This document shows, one piece after another, positions 1 through 8,735 of a stretch of DNA of 27,512 nucleotides. Below the pieces are notes generated by a model. The model searched no databases and was not told where the DNA came from. It saw only the letters and a list, made by a program, of their open reading frames with translations. Origin of the DNA: Pseudomonadota bacterium (GTDB taxonomy: Bacteria > UBA10199 > 2-02-FULL-44-16 > JAAZCA01). The stretch's first letter is position 1, and every line of letters begins with the position of its first letter. The stretch spans positions 1-27,512 of the forward strand of contig JAZDOG010000015.1 of the NCBI GenBank assembly GCA_043798915.1, in the 5' to 3' direction. A program made the translations under genes and the position numbers.

Positions 1-978
1 TTACGGGTTGAATATGCTGGCGCATGGTATCATGTAATGCACCGGGGTTTTGGGCGGCGGAAGATATTTCTTGCTGATGCTGATCGGCAAAGGTTCTTTG
101 ATTTGCTGAGAGACATATCCGCGATGTGGGGTGTTGAAGTCCACGCCTATAGCCTGATGGATAATCACTATCACCTCCTGCTTCACACGCCTTCTGGACA
201 CCTTGCCCGCGCGATGCGGCACGCCGATGGCGTGTATACGCAATACTTCAATCGCAGAAACGCTATGGTAGGACCTGTTTTTAGGGGCCGCTACAAATCC
301 ATAGTCATTGAGAAGGACAGTTATCTGCAGGAACTCGTGCGTTACATCCATCTTAATCCAGTGAGGGCCGGCGTGAGCAAGAAGCCGTCAGATCACCGGT
401 GGACGAGCCACGCTGCATATTTCAATGCGCGCAAGAGGCCCCCATGGCTTGTTGTTGACGAGGCATTGGCGATGTTTGGAAATAAGCACGGGAAGGCATT
501 GCGGGAGTTGGATAGATTTGTGAGGGCCGGCATTCCGGAATACCTTGAGAAACAACTAAATGGAGCGCATCTGCCCAGCATACTAGGCACAGAAGGGTTC
601 AAAGATTGGATCAAAGATAATTTTATCAGACCGCTTAAGTCCAAAAAAGAAATACCGGCGGCAAGGCGCGCCACCAGGAGGCGCGTCACATTGAGGTCAG
701 TGAAGAACCTCATGCGGGATATTTATGGCCTTGAGAAGATAGCTGGGCATAGCGGAAACAAGCCGTCCTTGAATGAATCAAGGAGCATGACGATTTACCT
801 GCTCCGAAGAGCCTCCGGCATGAGTCATCTGGAGATCGCCGGGCTGATGGGCGACATCACCGTCGATGCCGTTTCAAAAAGCCTTCAGAGATTTGAGCGC
901 AGGATATTGAATGATGATTGTTTACGAGAAAAGACTGATACCTTTATTGGGCACCTACTGTCCGGTGTCCAGACTTGA
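1..978 (+). mobile_element. REP-associated tyrosine transposase (RAYT / IS200-like Y1 HUH transposase) with C-terminal helix-turn-helix extension; 5' end truncated by the window
   Basis: Frame is open from base 1 (LRVEYAGAWYHVMHRG), so the true start lies upstream of the window. HUH motif LMDNHYHLL, catalytic YIHLNP, WTSH motif. C-terminal 'RSMTIYLLRRASGMSHLEIAGLMG' resembles the DnaA-C/TrpR-like HTH found in this RAYT subgroup. Confidence 0.9.
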
Positions 979-2656
979 CCCCTTTTGACTTTTCCAGGCG
1001 ATTGTGCATGAGCTGTTCGAGGCTGCCTGATTTCTGATCCGCCGCCGCGATGAGTTTTTCCGCCTTGCCGTGTATTTCGCCGGACCACTTTTTGTCCGAG
1101 ATGCCGGCGAGGTTTATGAGGACGTTGTAATAGGCCCCATGCGCTGCGGCGCGGGCGGTCAGGCCCGCCACCCCCGCGTCCGAGAGCGAGTTCGGGTTCC
1201 CTTTTTCCGCGACAGACAGGGCGATATCCAACATGGAGATGGAGCGCTCGAGCGTGCCGAGCGGTTCGAGCGTCGCCCCCTTGTTCGCCTCCTCGATCGC
1301 CGCCTTGCGGGCCGCCTTCTGTTCGTCCGTGCCCTTCGGGAGGGAGAGGGCGTCCATCACGCGGTTGAATGCCGCGGTGTCGTCGTCGATCGACTTCACC
1401 TGCGCGCGCAGGAGTTCCTGGGCCCTGACGCCTATCTCCTCCATCTCGGCGCGATGCTTTTCAAAACCCTTCTTGTCGAACGTGAGGGCCGCGACCATCG
1501 AGGTGAGCGCGGCCGAGAGCGCCCCCGACAGAGCCGCCGCCGAGCCGCCGCCGGGGGCGGGGGAGGAGGAGGCGAGCTCGTTTGCAAAATCCTTCACGGT
1601 CATGGATGCGAGTGGTGTTGACATGGCGAACCTCTCCTCTATTATCTTCTTTGCTGGATCGAACTGGCCGACGTCGTTCAGGCCGAGTGAAATGATCGCG
1701 GTCCTGATTATTTCGCCTTCCGAGACACCGGTTGTCGAACCCTGTTTCCTCAGGAAATGCAGTCCGGCGTCGATGAGCACGCCCCTCGGCACCATCCCGA
1801 CGATCTCGCTTCCGGTGGCGCGAAGGCCCATCGCGGAGGCGAGCTCCGAGCACTTGTCGAAGATGAGGTGCAGCGGCGAGGCCGCGATGTCGAGGATGTT
1901 GATCGTGACCTGCGCGCGGTTGTACTCGGGTATCAGCCAGCCGGTCGCCTGCACTCCCTTGAATGCCCCAGGCTCCCGCTCAGGCGCCCCGTCCGGGCCG
2001 ATGATTTTATTGCCGTCCCTGTCGCGGCGGATGCGGCCGCTCTCGCGGATGGAGAAGGCGATCTCTTTGGCGCGGGCGGCATTCCTCGTGTTGAGGTTCA
2101 CGTTGTATGCGATGAGGAAGTTCCTGGCGCCGATGACCGTGGCGCCCGCCCTTGCGTTGAACTCCGCCGGGCCGAAGTCAGGCCTCCATTCCGGCTTTTT
2201 TAATTTCTCCGGAAGCGCCTCGTACTCGCCGGCGCGTATGTCGGGGAGGTTCCTTCGCCCCGGCTTCGTGGCTGCCTCGGCATAGAGATAGACCGGAATT
2301 TTCAGCTCTCTGCCAACCCTCTCACCAAGCCTCTTTGCAAGCTCGATGCAGTCGGCCATCGTCGCACCGGCTATCGGGACGAAGGGGCAGACGTCGCACG
2401 CTCCCTGGCGCGCGTGCTCCCCCTTTTGATGGCGCATGTCGATCAGCTCGGAGCCCTTCCTGATCGCCTGAAAAGCGGCCTCAAGGACCGTCTCGGGCGC
2501 ACCCGCAAACGTGTAGACCGTGCGGTTTGTCGCCGCGCCGGGATCGACGTCCAGAAGCTCCACCCCGGCCACGGAGCGGATCTCCGCCGCGATCGCCTCG
2601 ATGACGGTTGGGTCACGGCCTTCGCTGAAATTGGGCACGCATTCGACGAGAATCAT
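944..2656 (-). CDS. ftcD: Bifunctional glutamate formimidoyltransferase / formiminotetrahydrofolate cyclodeaminase
   Basis: N-terminal LVECVPNFSEGRD, NRTV, HARQGACDVCPFVP, GARNFLIAYNVNL; C-terminal cyclodeaminase domain with LASSSPAPGGGSAAA and GNPNSLSDAGV. Start overlaps the glgA stop. Confidence 0.95.
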   Translation of the reverse strand: MILVECVPNFSEGRDPTVIEAIAAEIRSVAGVELLDVDPGAATNRTVYTFAGAPETVLEAAFQAIRKGSELIDMRHQKGEHARQGACDVCPFVPIAGATMADCIELAKRLGERVGRELKIPVYLYAEAATKPGRRNLPDIRAGEYEALPEKLKKPEWRPDFGPAEFNARAGATVIGARNFLIAYNVNLNTRNAARAKEIAFSIRESGRIRRDRDGNKIIGPDGAPEREPGAFKGVQATGWLIPEYNRAQVTINILDIAASPLHLIFDKCSELASAMGLRATGSEIVGMVPRGVLIDAGLHFLRKQGSTTGVSEGEIIRTAIISLGLNDVGQFDPAKKIIEERFAMSTPLASMTVKDFANELASSSPAPGGGSAAALSGALSAALTSMVAALTFDKKGFEKHRAEMEEIGVRAQELLRAQVKSIDDDTAAFNRVMDALSLPKGTDEQKAARKAAIEEANKGATLEPLGTLERSISMLDIALSVAEKGNPNSLSDAGVAGLTARAAAHGAYYNVLINLAGISDKKWSGEIHGKAEKLIAAADQKSGSLEQLMHNRLEKSKGVKSGHRTVGAQ

Positions 2657-3873
2657 CTCTTTTTTCCGGATTCCCTTATGATGCGCTCATAATACGAAAT
2701 GGTCGATTCGGCGATCGCCTTCCAGCTGAATTTTTCCTCGACCCTTCTCCTGCCTGCCTTGGCAAATGCGGTGCGCTTCGGCTCATCGGCGAGGAGCTCG
2801 TTGATCTTCTCGGCGAGCGCCCTGGAGAATTTCGCCGGATCCCTGGGCTCGCCGGTTTCCTCGGAGGCCTTGTCATAGGAGATGAGGAAGCCTGTCTCGC
2901 CGGGGACGATGATCTCCGGTATGCCGCCGACGGCGCTCGCCACCACCGGCGTCTCGCAGGCCATCGCCTCGAGGTTGATGATCCCGAACGGTTCATAGAC
3001 GGAAGGGCAGCAGAAGACCGCGGCATGCGAATAGAGCTCTATCACATCCTTCTTTTCCACCATCTGCTCGATCCAGAGGACCTTGCCGTGCTTTTTCTTT
3101 GCGAGGTCAACCGCCTGCCTCATCTCAGCGGAGATCTGCGGCGTGTCGGGCGCGCCCGCGCAGAGGACGATCGCGGCGTCCTTCCTCAAGTGCTCGATCG
3201 CTCGAACGAGATGGATTATTCCCTTCTGCCTCGTGATCCTGCCGACGAAGAGGACATAGGGGAGGGCGGGGTCGATCCCGTATTTCTTGAGCGCCCCTGC
3301 CGACGGCTTCGGGCGATATTCATCGAGGTCGATGCCGTTGTGTATGACGGTCACCTTCCCGGCGTCGATGCCGAAGAGCCTGCATGCGTCCCTTTTCATC
3401 CCCTCCGAGACGGCTATGACGCCGTCGCTTTCCACCATCGCCGTCCTCTCGACCCAGCTGCTGACGCGATAGGCCCCTCCCAGCTGCTCTTCCTTCCACG
3501 GGCGCGAAGGTTCGAAGCTGTGGGTCGTGAGGACCATCGGCACCGCATAGAGATTTCGCGCCAGAAGCCCCGCAAAATGGCTGTACCAGGTGTGGCAGTG
3601 GACGATGTCGGCGCCCTTGATGTTGCACGCCATCCTCAGGTCGCGATCGATTGCGTCGATGGCCTTCTCGAAGCGCGCATCCGCGAGCTCGATGCCGTCC
3701 GCATGGCCGTGACCTATCACGGTCAGGTTGCCATCCTTCACCCTCTGATCGCCGAAGCAGTGGACCTCGACCTCTATCTGTTTGGCGAGTTCCCTCGTCA
3801 GGTAATCCACGTGCACGCCGGCGCCGCCGTAGATGTGCGGTGGAAATTCATTTGTGAAGATCGCCGCCTTCAT
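2653..3873 (-). CDS. glgA: GT4 glycosyltransferase, actinobacterial-type GlgA (GlgM, ADP-glucose-dependent alpha-maltose-1-phosphate synthase family)
   Basis: TNEFPPHIYGGAGVHV, HCHTWY, RPWKEEQLGGAY, FVGRITRQKG, CPSVYEPFGIINLEAMAC are the signatures of the glgA_Coryne/GlgM family. Confidence 0.92.
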   Translation of the reverse strand: MKAAIFTNEFPPHIYGGAGVHVDYLTRELAKQIEVEVHCFGDQRVKDGNLTVIGHGHADGIELADARFEKAIDAIDRDLRMACNIKGADIVHCHTWYSHFAGLLARNLYAVPMVLTTHSFEPSRPWKEEQLGGAYRVSSWVERTAMVESDGVIAVSEGMKRDACRLFGIDAGKVTVIHNGIDLDEYRPKPSAGALKKYGIDPALPYVLFVGRITRQKGIIHLVRAIEHLRKDAAIVLCAGAPDTPQISAEMRQAVDLAKKKHGKVLWIEQMVEKKDVIELYSHAAVFCCPSVYEPFGIINLEAMACETPVVASAVGGIPEIIVPGETGFLISYDKASEETGEPRDPAKFSRALAEKINELLADEPKRTAFAKAGRRRVEEKFSWKAIAESTISYYERIIRESGKKR

Positions 3874-5321
3874 GCAAGCCTCCCCAGGCAGTTCATGATG
3901 CCGCCGAGCGGTATCGGCAGCCAGTCCGGCCTGTTGTTGACCTCGTATTCGGCCTCATAGAGCGCCTTCTCCAGCTCGTGGATCGCCAGGGCCCTCTTCA
4001 AGAGTTCCCTGTCATCGAGCGGAAGGAACGCGGCTTTTTGCGCCTTGAGTTCCTGATAGTAGCCGTCGAGAAACGACCTGCGCGCCATTCCCTCCCAGTT
4101 GTTGCATATTTTCTGGATGCGCCCGAGCGTATCGGCGTCGGTCACCTCGTTTGTCTGGCGATAGTTGAGGTAGGCGTTGAACGAGGCGTAGTTGAACGAC
4201 CTGCACATCCCGGCCACGTCCTTGAGCGCCGCGTAGTGCGAGGAGCGCTGGTTGTATGGCTTCAAAGGCTCCCCCTCGAAATCGAGGATGTGGAACGTGC
4301 CGCCTGCGACTATAATTTGCCCCAGGTGGAAGTCGGCGTGCTGCCTGATCTTGTGTTTGAGCGATGCAAGGATGCTCGGCGCCTGATCGAAGATCGCTGA
4401 GACGGCCTTCTCGCTCGCGAGCGCGGGGATTATCGCCTCGACTCTTGCCCTCGAGTGTTTGAGCGAGGCGAACGTCCGAGAGGCCTGCGCCTTGAGTTCC
4501 TCCTTCCAGCGCTTCGCGTCTTCGAAGGAGATGTGGAGCATCTCAAAACCGGAGCCCGGTTCTCCGCCGGAGAGAGCCGAATGGAGGCCGGCGAGCACCT
4601 TGCCGAGCCTGTACATCATCTCGTTGTAATCGGCCATCTCAAGGCCCACCGACTGCTCCGTCGGCGGGATCGACTCGCTGAGAAAACGGTCGATCCCCTC
4701 GGTGAGTTTTCCAAGCGTCCAGTCCCAGCCGCTGCCGTCGTTCTTCACGTAGTCGAACATCGTTGCGATATGGTAGATGTGTCCGCTCTCATTTTTGTAT
4801 GAGACGTCCGCCTTGATGGCCGGGCAATTTCTGAAATTCGTCTTCGCCAGAAACCGGTTTACCTCCGCCTCCACGTTCTCGCCTTCGAGGATGCGCCTCA
4901 AGAGCTTCAGGATGAATCTGGGCTCCTTTTCGCTGCACGTGATGAGCGTGTTGGTCGAGCCGACTTCGAGCAGCCCGAAGGATGAGCTCCTGGCGTCGAT
5001 GCGCCAGTCGCCGAATTTACGGAAGAGGGCGTTTCCCTTCGCCGTGCTCCGGGCGCCTTCGTTGTCTATCGCTGTGAAGAGCGTGTCGAGAAACGCCCCT
5101 TCGGCGATCACCTCGAGCTTGAAGCCGCCGCGCTTCGTCGGAATAACGTAGAGATCGGGCGGCTGATCCTCGAAGGAGACCTCATAGATGCCGAGCCCAT
5201 ATGGATCGGCCAGCGGTATGCTGTCGAGGGGCGTGATCTCCCTGACGACCGCATCCTTCTGCTGAAACCAGCGCTGTCTCTTGAGCTCGTCGCAGGAGAC
5301 CTTTTGTTTGCCGGGTGTCAT
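3870..5321 (-). CDS. Maltokinase (Mak/Pep2; TreS C-terminal-like)
   Basis: N-terminal QRWF, GSTNTL, IRQHADFHLGQI, ILDFEGEP, LKDVAGMCRSFNYA, ELEKALYEAEYEVNNRPDWLPIPLGG match the maltokinase family. Confidence 0.9.
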   Translation of the reverse strand: MTPGKQKVSCDELKRQRWFQQKDAVVREITPLDSIPLADPYGLGIYEVSFEDQPPDLYVIPTKRGGFKLEVIAEGAFLDTLFTAIDNEGARSTAKGNALFRKFGDWRIDARSSSFGLLEVGSTNTLITCSEKEPRFILKLLRRILEGENVEAEVNRFLAKTNFRNCPAIKADVSYKNESGHIYHIATMFDYVKNDGSGWDWTLGKLTEGIDRFLSESIPPTEQSVGLEMADYNEMMYRLGKVLAGLHSALSGGEPGSGFEMLHISFEDAKRWKEELKAQASRTFASLKHSRARVEAIIPALASEKAVSAIFDQAPSILASLKHKIRQHADFHLGQIIVAGGTFHILDFEGEPLKPYNQRSSHYAALKDVAGMCRSFNYASFNAYLNYRQTNEVTDADTLGRIQKICNNWEGMARRSFLDGYYQELKAQKAAFLPLDDRELLKRALAIHELEKALYEAEYEVNNRPDWLPIPLGGIMNCLGRLA

Positions 5322-5337
5322 ATCGGGCGCCTATGCC

Positions 5338-6708
5338 TCAAGCCGCTTGAGGCTCCTTGATGGTTTTGCCTGCCCTGAGGTCGGAGACGCTCGGTTCATA
5401 CACCCTCTTGAGGAAGATCGCGGCGAGAAGCATCGAAGCGCCGCCGATCACCATGGCTATCGCCTTGTTGCCGCCGAAGAGCACCACCACGGGGCCGGCC
5501 AGAAGCGAGCAGACTATCTGGGGTATGCATATGAATATGTTGAAGGCGCCCATGAAGATGCCGTAGCGCTCCTTCGGGATCGAGTCGGCGAGTATAGCGT
5601 ATGGCATCGCCTGAGTGCTCGCCCACGCGATGCCGAGCGCGGCCATCGCGGCCATCGCCTGCATCGGCGTCCTGGCGTAGTACATCGATATGAACGCGGC
5701 GGAGCCGATCACGAGATTCACCGCGTGCACGGACTTGTTGCGGAATCTCTTCGTGAGCAGCCCCAGGATCGGTGCCGATATGAAGCAGATGGTGTTCAGC
5801 GCGAGATAACAGAGCGATGCCCACGCGATCCCTCTCTCATACGCGGGCGTGCCGGGCTGTCCGTTGAAGATGTTCGCCGCGACCATCGGCGAGAAGAATA
5901 TGAATATGCAGAAGAAGCCGAACCACGTGAACGAGTGGACGAGGCAAATCCTGCGCATGTTGGCAGGCATGTCGAGGACGATCCTCCACGTCTCGGCGAA
6001 GCTCGCGAAGAATGCCTTCTTCGTCGACTTTTTGCTCCGGAACTCCTCCATATTCTCAGGCGGATGCTCCCTCACCGTGAAGACCGTCCACAGGATGGTG
6101 ACGATGAATATGGCCGCGCCGATGTAGAAGAGTGCGTGCATAGAGGTGGGGCAAATGGGTTTGATCGAGTCGACGAATGAAACCCCGGTCCGCCCAAGCA
6201 ACTTCGTGATCCAGTCGAGGATCAATATCCCGCCGAGGCCGAAGGAGACCACCGAGCCCAGGCCGATCGCAAAGGACTGAAACGAGTACGCGGTGCCGCG
6301 CTGCTCCTCGGGGGCGATATCAGCGGCGAGCGCCCTGAAGGGCTGCATGCTGATGTTGATCGATGCGTCCATTATCCAGAGGAGCGAGGCCGCCATCCAC
6401 AGCGTGGGGGAGTTGGGCATCGCGAGGAGGACGATCGACGATAGGATCGCGCCGATGAGAAAGTAGGGGCGCCGCCTCCCCAGCCTCCCCCACGTGTGAT
6501 CGCTCATGTTGCCGATGATCGGCTGGATGAGGATGCCCGTGATCGGTCCGGCGATCCAGAACCAGGAGACCTGCTGCGGCGTGGCGCCGAGCCTTTCGTA
6601 CAGGCCGCTCATCTGCCCCATCTGGATGGACCAGGCGAACTGGATGCCGAAAAAACCGACCGCCATGTTGACCATCTGCCAGAATTTCAGCCTTGGTATG
6701 ACTGCCAT
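5338..6708 (-). CDS. MFS/GPH-family sugar (probably maltose/alpha-glucoside) : cation symporter, SLC45/SUT-like
   Basis: GFFGIQFAW, WIAGPITGILIQPIIG-SD, GRRRPYF, MDASINISMQPFRA, GAFNIFICIPQ; about 12 hydrophobic segments; sits directly upstream of the maltokinase. Confidence 0.88.
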   Translation of the reverse strand: MAVIPRLKFWQMVNMAVGFFGIQFAWSIQMGQMSGLYERLGATPQQVSWFWIAGPITGILIQPIIGNMSDHTWGRLGRRRPYFLIGAILSSIVLLAMPNSPTLWMAASLLWIMDASINISMQPFRALAADIAPEEQRGTAYSFQSFAIGLGSVVSFGLGGILILDWITKLLGRTGVSFVDSIKPICPTSMHALFYIGAAIFIVTILWTVFTVREHPPENMEEFRSKKSTKKAFFASFAETWRIVLDMPANMRRICLVHSFTWFGFFCIFIFFSPMVAANIFNGQPGTPAYERGIAWASLCYLALNTICFISAPILGLLTKRFRNKSVHAVNLVIGSAAFISMYYARTPMQAMAAMAALGIAWASTQAMPYAILADSIPKERYGIFMGAFNIFICIPQIVCSLLAGPVVVLFGGNKAIAMVIGGASMLLAAIFLKRVYEPSVSDLRAGKTIKEPQAA

Positions 6709-6781
6709 CTAAGCACCGCCTTTCTCAAAATAGCCAAGAGGCCATATGGACGGGGAGGGCCGGAAGCCCGGAATATATGCC

Positions 6782-6810
6782 GAATAACCGTAGCTATGAT
6801 TCTTTGTCAA
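6782..6810 (-). promoter_or_regulatory. Possible sigma-70 promoter for the transporter-mak-glgA-ftcD operon
   Basis: Perfect TTGACA on the minus strand (6810-6805), but only a weak -10 (TTATTC/TATTCG) 17-18 nt downstream. Confidence 0.35.
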
Positions 6811-6815
6811 GGCTT

Positions 6816-8465
6816 CTATGGCTGGAGGCGAAGGCCCCGAGGGGCGTCTATCGGCGGGGCAGAACGCGGCGGTATTATCGATGTTCGCCCGGGTTGCAGC
6901 CTCTTTGCAAAGACTGCTATCCCGCCCGGTGCGAGCGAGTAGGAATTGACCGGCCCGCTGGGGCCATCTCCATACCTGATTTTTCCGTCGCTGTCGACAA
7001 AGGCGTAGAATGCGAGGCCATTCCTGTAATCGGGTTCGACGGCGAAATTGGCCGTCTCAGGCTGCGGATTGTAGGCGATGACCGCTTCTTCCGATTCGGT
7101 CGCTTTATGAAAGAAAACTACTTTTCCATCCTGAGTCATCTGTGTGTAAGTCGTCATGCCGAGTATCGGATGAGCCCCCTTCAGCGCCAGGAGAGATATC
7201 ATCATCCCCCGCAGGGAGCCCTGCCCTTCATCCGGCGAAGGGCCGCCTGGCGCTTGAGGTTGATACTCAGGCAGAAAGACGCTCGGCTTCTGAGTGGAGC
7301 CGCTGAGCGTGCCGGCAAGCATCGTGAAGACGCCGGACAACGTCGCTGTCATGACCAGACGCGCCACCTGCTCTCTGGCTGCCGGAGACATCCCGGCAAA
7401 TGGCGCCGTATCGTGTGATGAAGCGAAGGATACGCTCAAGCCCCCGGCCTCCCATGTGGCGCGGAGCTGATCGATGTGCCAGCGGGCCGCGAGATCCCAC
7501 CATGCGAAGGCGTTCGTGACTCCGTCGAAACCATGTCCAATCAGCACCCGGATGTCCTGCTCCGCATTCCAGGTGCCTTGCGTCTCTGCGTAAAAAGCGG
7601 GCCTTTGAAGGCCAAGCCGGTCTGCAAACAGCCTTGAGCTTTCTATGAATCCCGTTTCCCAGAAAGGCAGGATGCGCACGGCCGAATCGGCCCGGAATAC
7701 ATTGACCCCGGCTTCAAGGAAGAGCCCCAGGGACATAAGATAATAATTTCCTACCGCCATGGCCGCAGGGCCGGTGAGGTCGATGGGCGCCACATCATGC
7801 CATGGGTCATAGCGACCCAAATGATCATGTGAGCCAGGTGTCTGTATTTCGCTGCCGGTGCGCAGGTAGACGTCGTTTCCGAACATCCCCTGGTGCAGGG
7901 CCAGCGTGTCGCCATCCCTGGCGGTATGGGCGAGCACGATGTCGCCGACGACCTTAAGGCCATGCTGGCCGGCAAATGTGGTGAGTTCGCGCAGCGACCT
8001 CCAGCCTTGCTGATAATATTCGGGAAGGTTCGCGAATGCGCCGCCTCTCGAATTGAGCCCATCTGCCAGCGCCTGCGGTCCCGGTGTCTCAAGAAGTTCG
8101 CTCGAACGGGCAAGGGCAAGGAAAGGCTGCTTGCCGGTTTGAAGGTAGGCATCATGGGACAACTTCGGATCCCACAGATGCCTCCCCACGGCCCCGTGGT
8201 CCCTCGGGGCATACGCCGAACCGAGTTTTTCGCCATGGGTTTGCATGCTCGGGGGGTGGACCGGCGAAAGCTGGATTGCCGTAAAGCCTATCTTTGCCAC
8301 ATCAGGGATTCTGGCCCTGATATCCGCAAACGACGTATGCGGTGGAAATTGAAAGATGGAAGGGGGCAGAGGAGATACAAAAGAGGGCGGAGGATATACA
8401 GCGAGCGGCGGTGTTGCGCTGACTGGAAACCCCGCCAAACTAACTGGGAGAGATGATCCACCCAT
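6816..8465 (-). CDS. GH13 alpha-amylase-family enzyme (divergent) with Pro/Ser-rich N- and C-terminal extensions
   Basis: GFTAIQLSPVHP, GSAYAPRDH, region I GDIVLAHT, region II FRADSA (Asp nucleophile), region III FYAETQG (Glu acid/base), region IV FASSHDT. Confidence 0.8.
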   Translation of the reverse strand: MGGSSLPVSLAGFPVSATPPLAVYPPPSFVSPLPPSIFQFPPHTSFADIRARIPDVAKIGFTAIQLSPVHPPSMQTHGEKLGSAYAPRDHGAVGRHLWDPKLSHDAYLQTGKQPFLALARSSELLETPGPQALADGLNSRGGAFANLPEYYQQGWRSLRELTTFAGQHGLKVVGDIVLAHTARDGDTLALHQGMFGNDVYLRTGSEIQTPGSHDHLGRYDPWHDVAPIDLTGPAAMAVGNYYLMSLGLFLEAGVNVFRADSAVRILPFWETGFIESSRLFADRLGLQRPAFYAETQGTWNAEQDIRVLIGHGFDGVTNAFAWWDLAARWHIDQLRATWEAGGLSVSFASSHDTAPFAGMSPAAREQVARLVMTATLSGVFTMLAGTLSGSTQKPSVFLPEYQPQAPGGPSPDEGQGSLRGMMISLLALKGAHPILGMTTYTQMTQDGKVVFFHKATESEEAVIAYNPQPETANFAVEPDYRNGLAFYAFVDSDGKIRYGDGPSGPVNSYSLAPGGIAVFAKRLQPGRTSIIPPRSAPPIDAPRGLRLQP

Positions 8466-8487
8466 CTTTCGTCAGTTCCTTTGCGAT

Positions 8488-8525
8488 AAAAAAAACGAGC
8501 ATGGCATCTATTACCATGCTCGTTT
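8488..8525 (-). terminator. Intrinsic terminator just upstream of the GH13 start codon
   Basis: Perfect inverted repeat AAACGAGCATGG-N9-CCATGCTCGTTT whose 3' arm runs into T8 on the minus strand (A8 at 8488-8495). Confidence 0.75.
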
Positions 8526-8534
8526 CATGACCGA

Positions 8535-8636
8535 TTATGTCGTCCGCGCCCTACGCCCGCTGGCGCGGACGGCGGCCGATCCGCCAAAACAAACGACAGG
8601 ATACTTCTTTTTATTGCTGCTCGTCACTTCGCGCAT
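8535..8636 (-). CDS. Candidate 33-aa small ORF / leader peptide (MREVTSSNKKKYPVVCFGGSAAVRASGRRARTT)
   Basis: ATG at 8636 preceded by AAAGGCGG; TAA at 8537-8535; lies between a sigma-70-like promoter and a terminator. Not in the supplied ORF track. Confidence 0.35.
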   Translation of the reverse strand: MREVTSSNKKKYPVVCFGGSAAVRASGRRARTT

Positions 8637-8680
8637 ATCCGCCTTTAGTGATCAGCTACGAGCACCGCCGTATGCGCATA

Positions 8681-8708
8681 AATTTACGCCCATATCGCGA
8701 GATGTCAA
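8681..8708 (-). promoter_or_regulatory. Sigma-70 promoter with AT-rich UP-like element
   Basis: TTGACA-N16-TAAATT on the minus strand, preceded by an A/T tract at about 8716-8742. Confidence 0.6.
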
Positions 8709-8735
8709 GGCATTCAAATTTTTTTTTTAAAAAAA

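Noticed and set aside
1070..6180. Long plus-strand ORFs 1233-2285, 3025-3960 and 5281-6180
   Set aside because: They lie opposite well-supported genes (ftcD, glgA, MFS transporter) and show no family motifs; typical high-GC shadow frames.
8600..8670. Hammerhead ribozyme, 6S RNA or c-di-GMP riboswitch in the GH13 leader
   Set aside because: CTGATCA/CGAAG does not match the CUGANGA/GAAA core, there is no long 6S-type rod with a central bubble, and no GEMM consensus.
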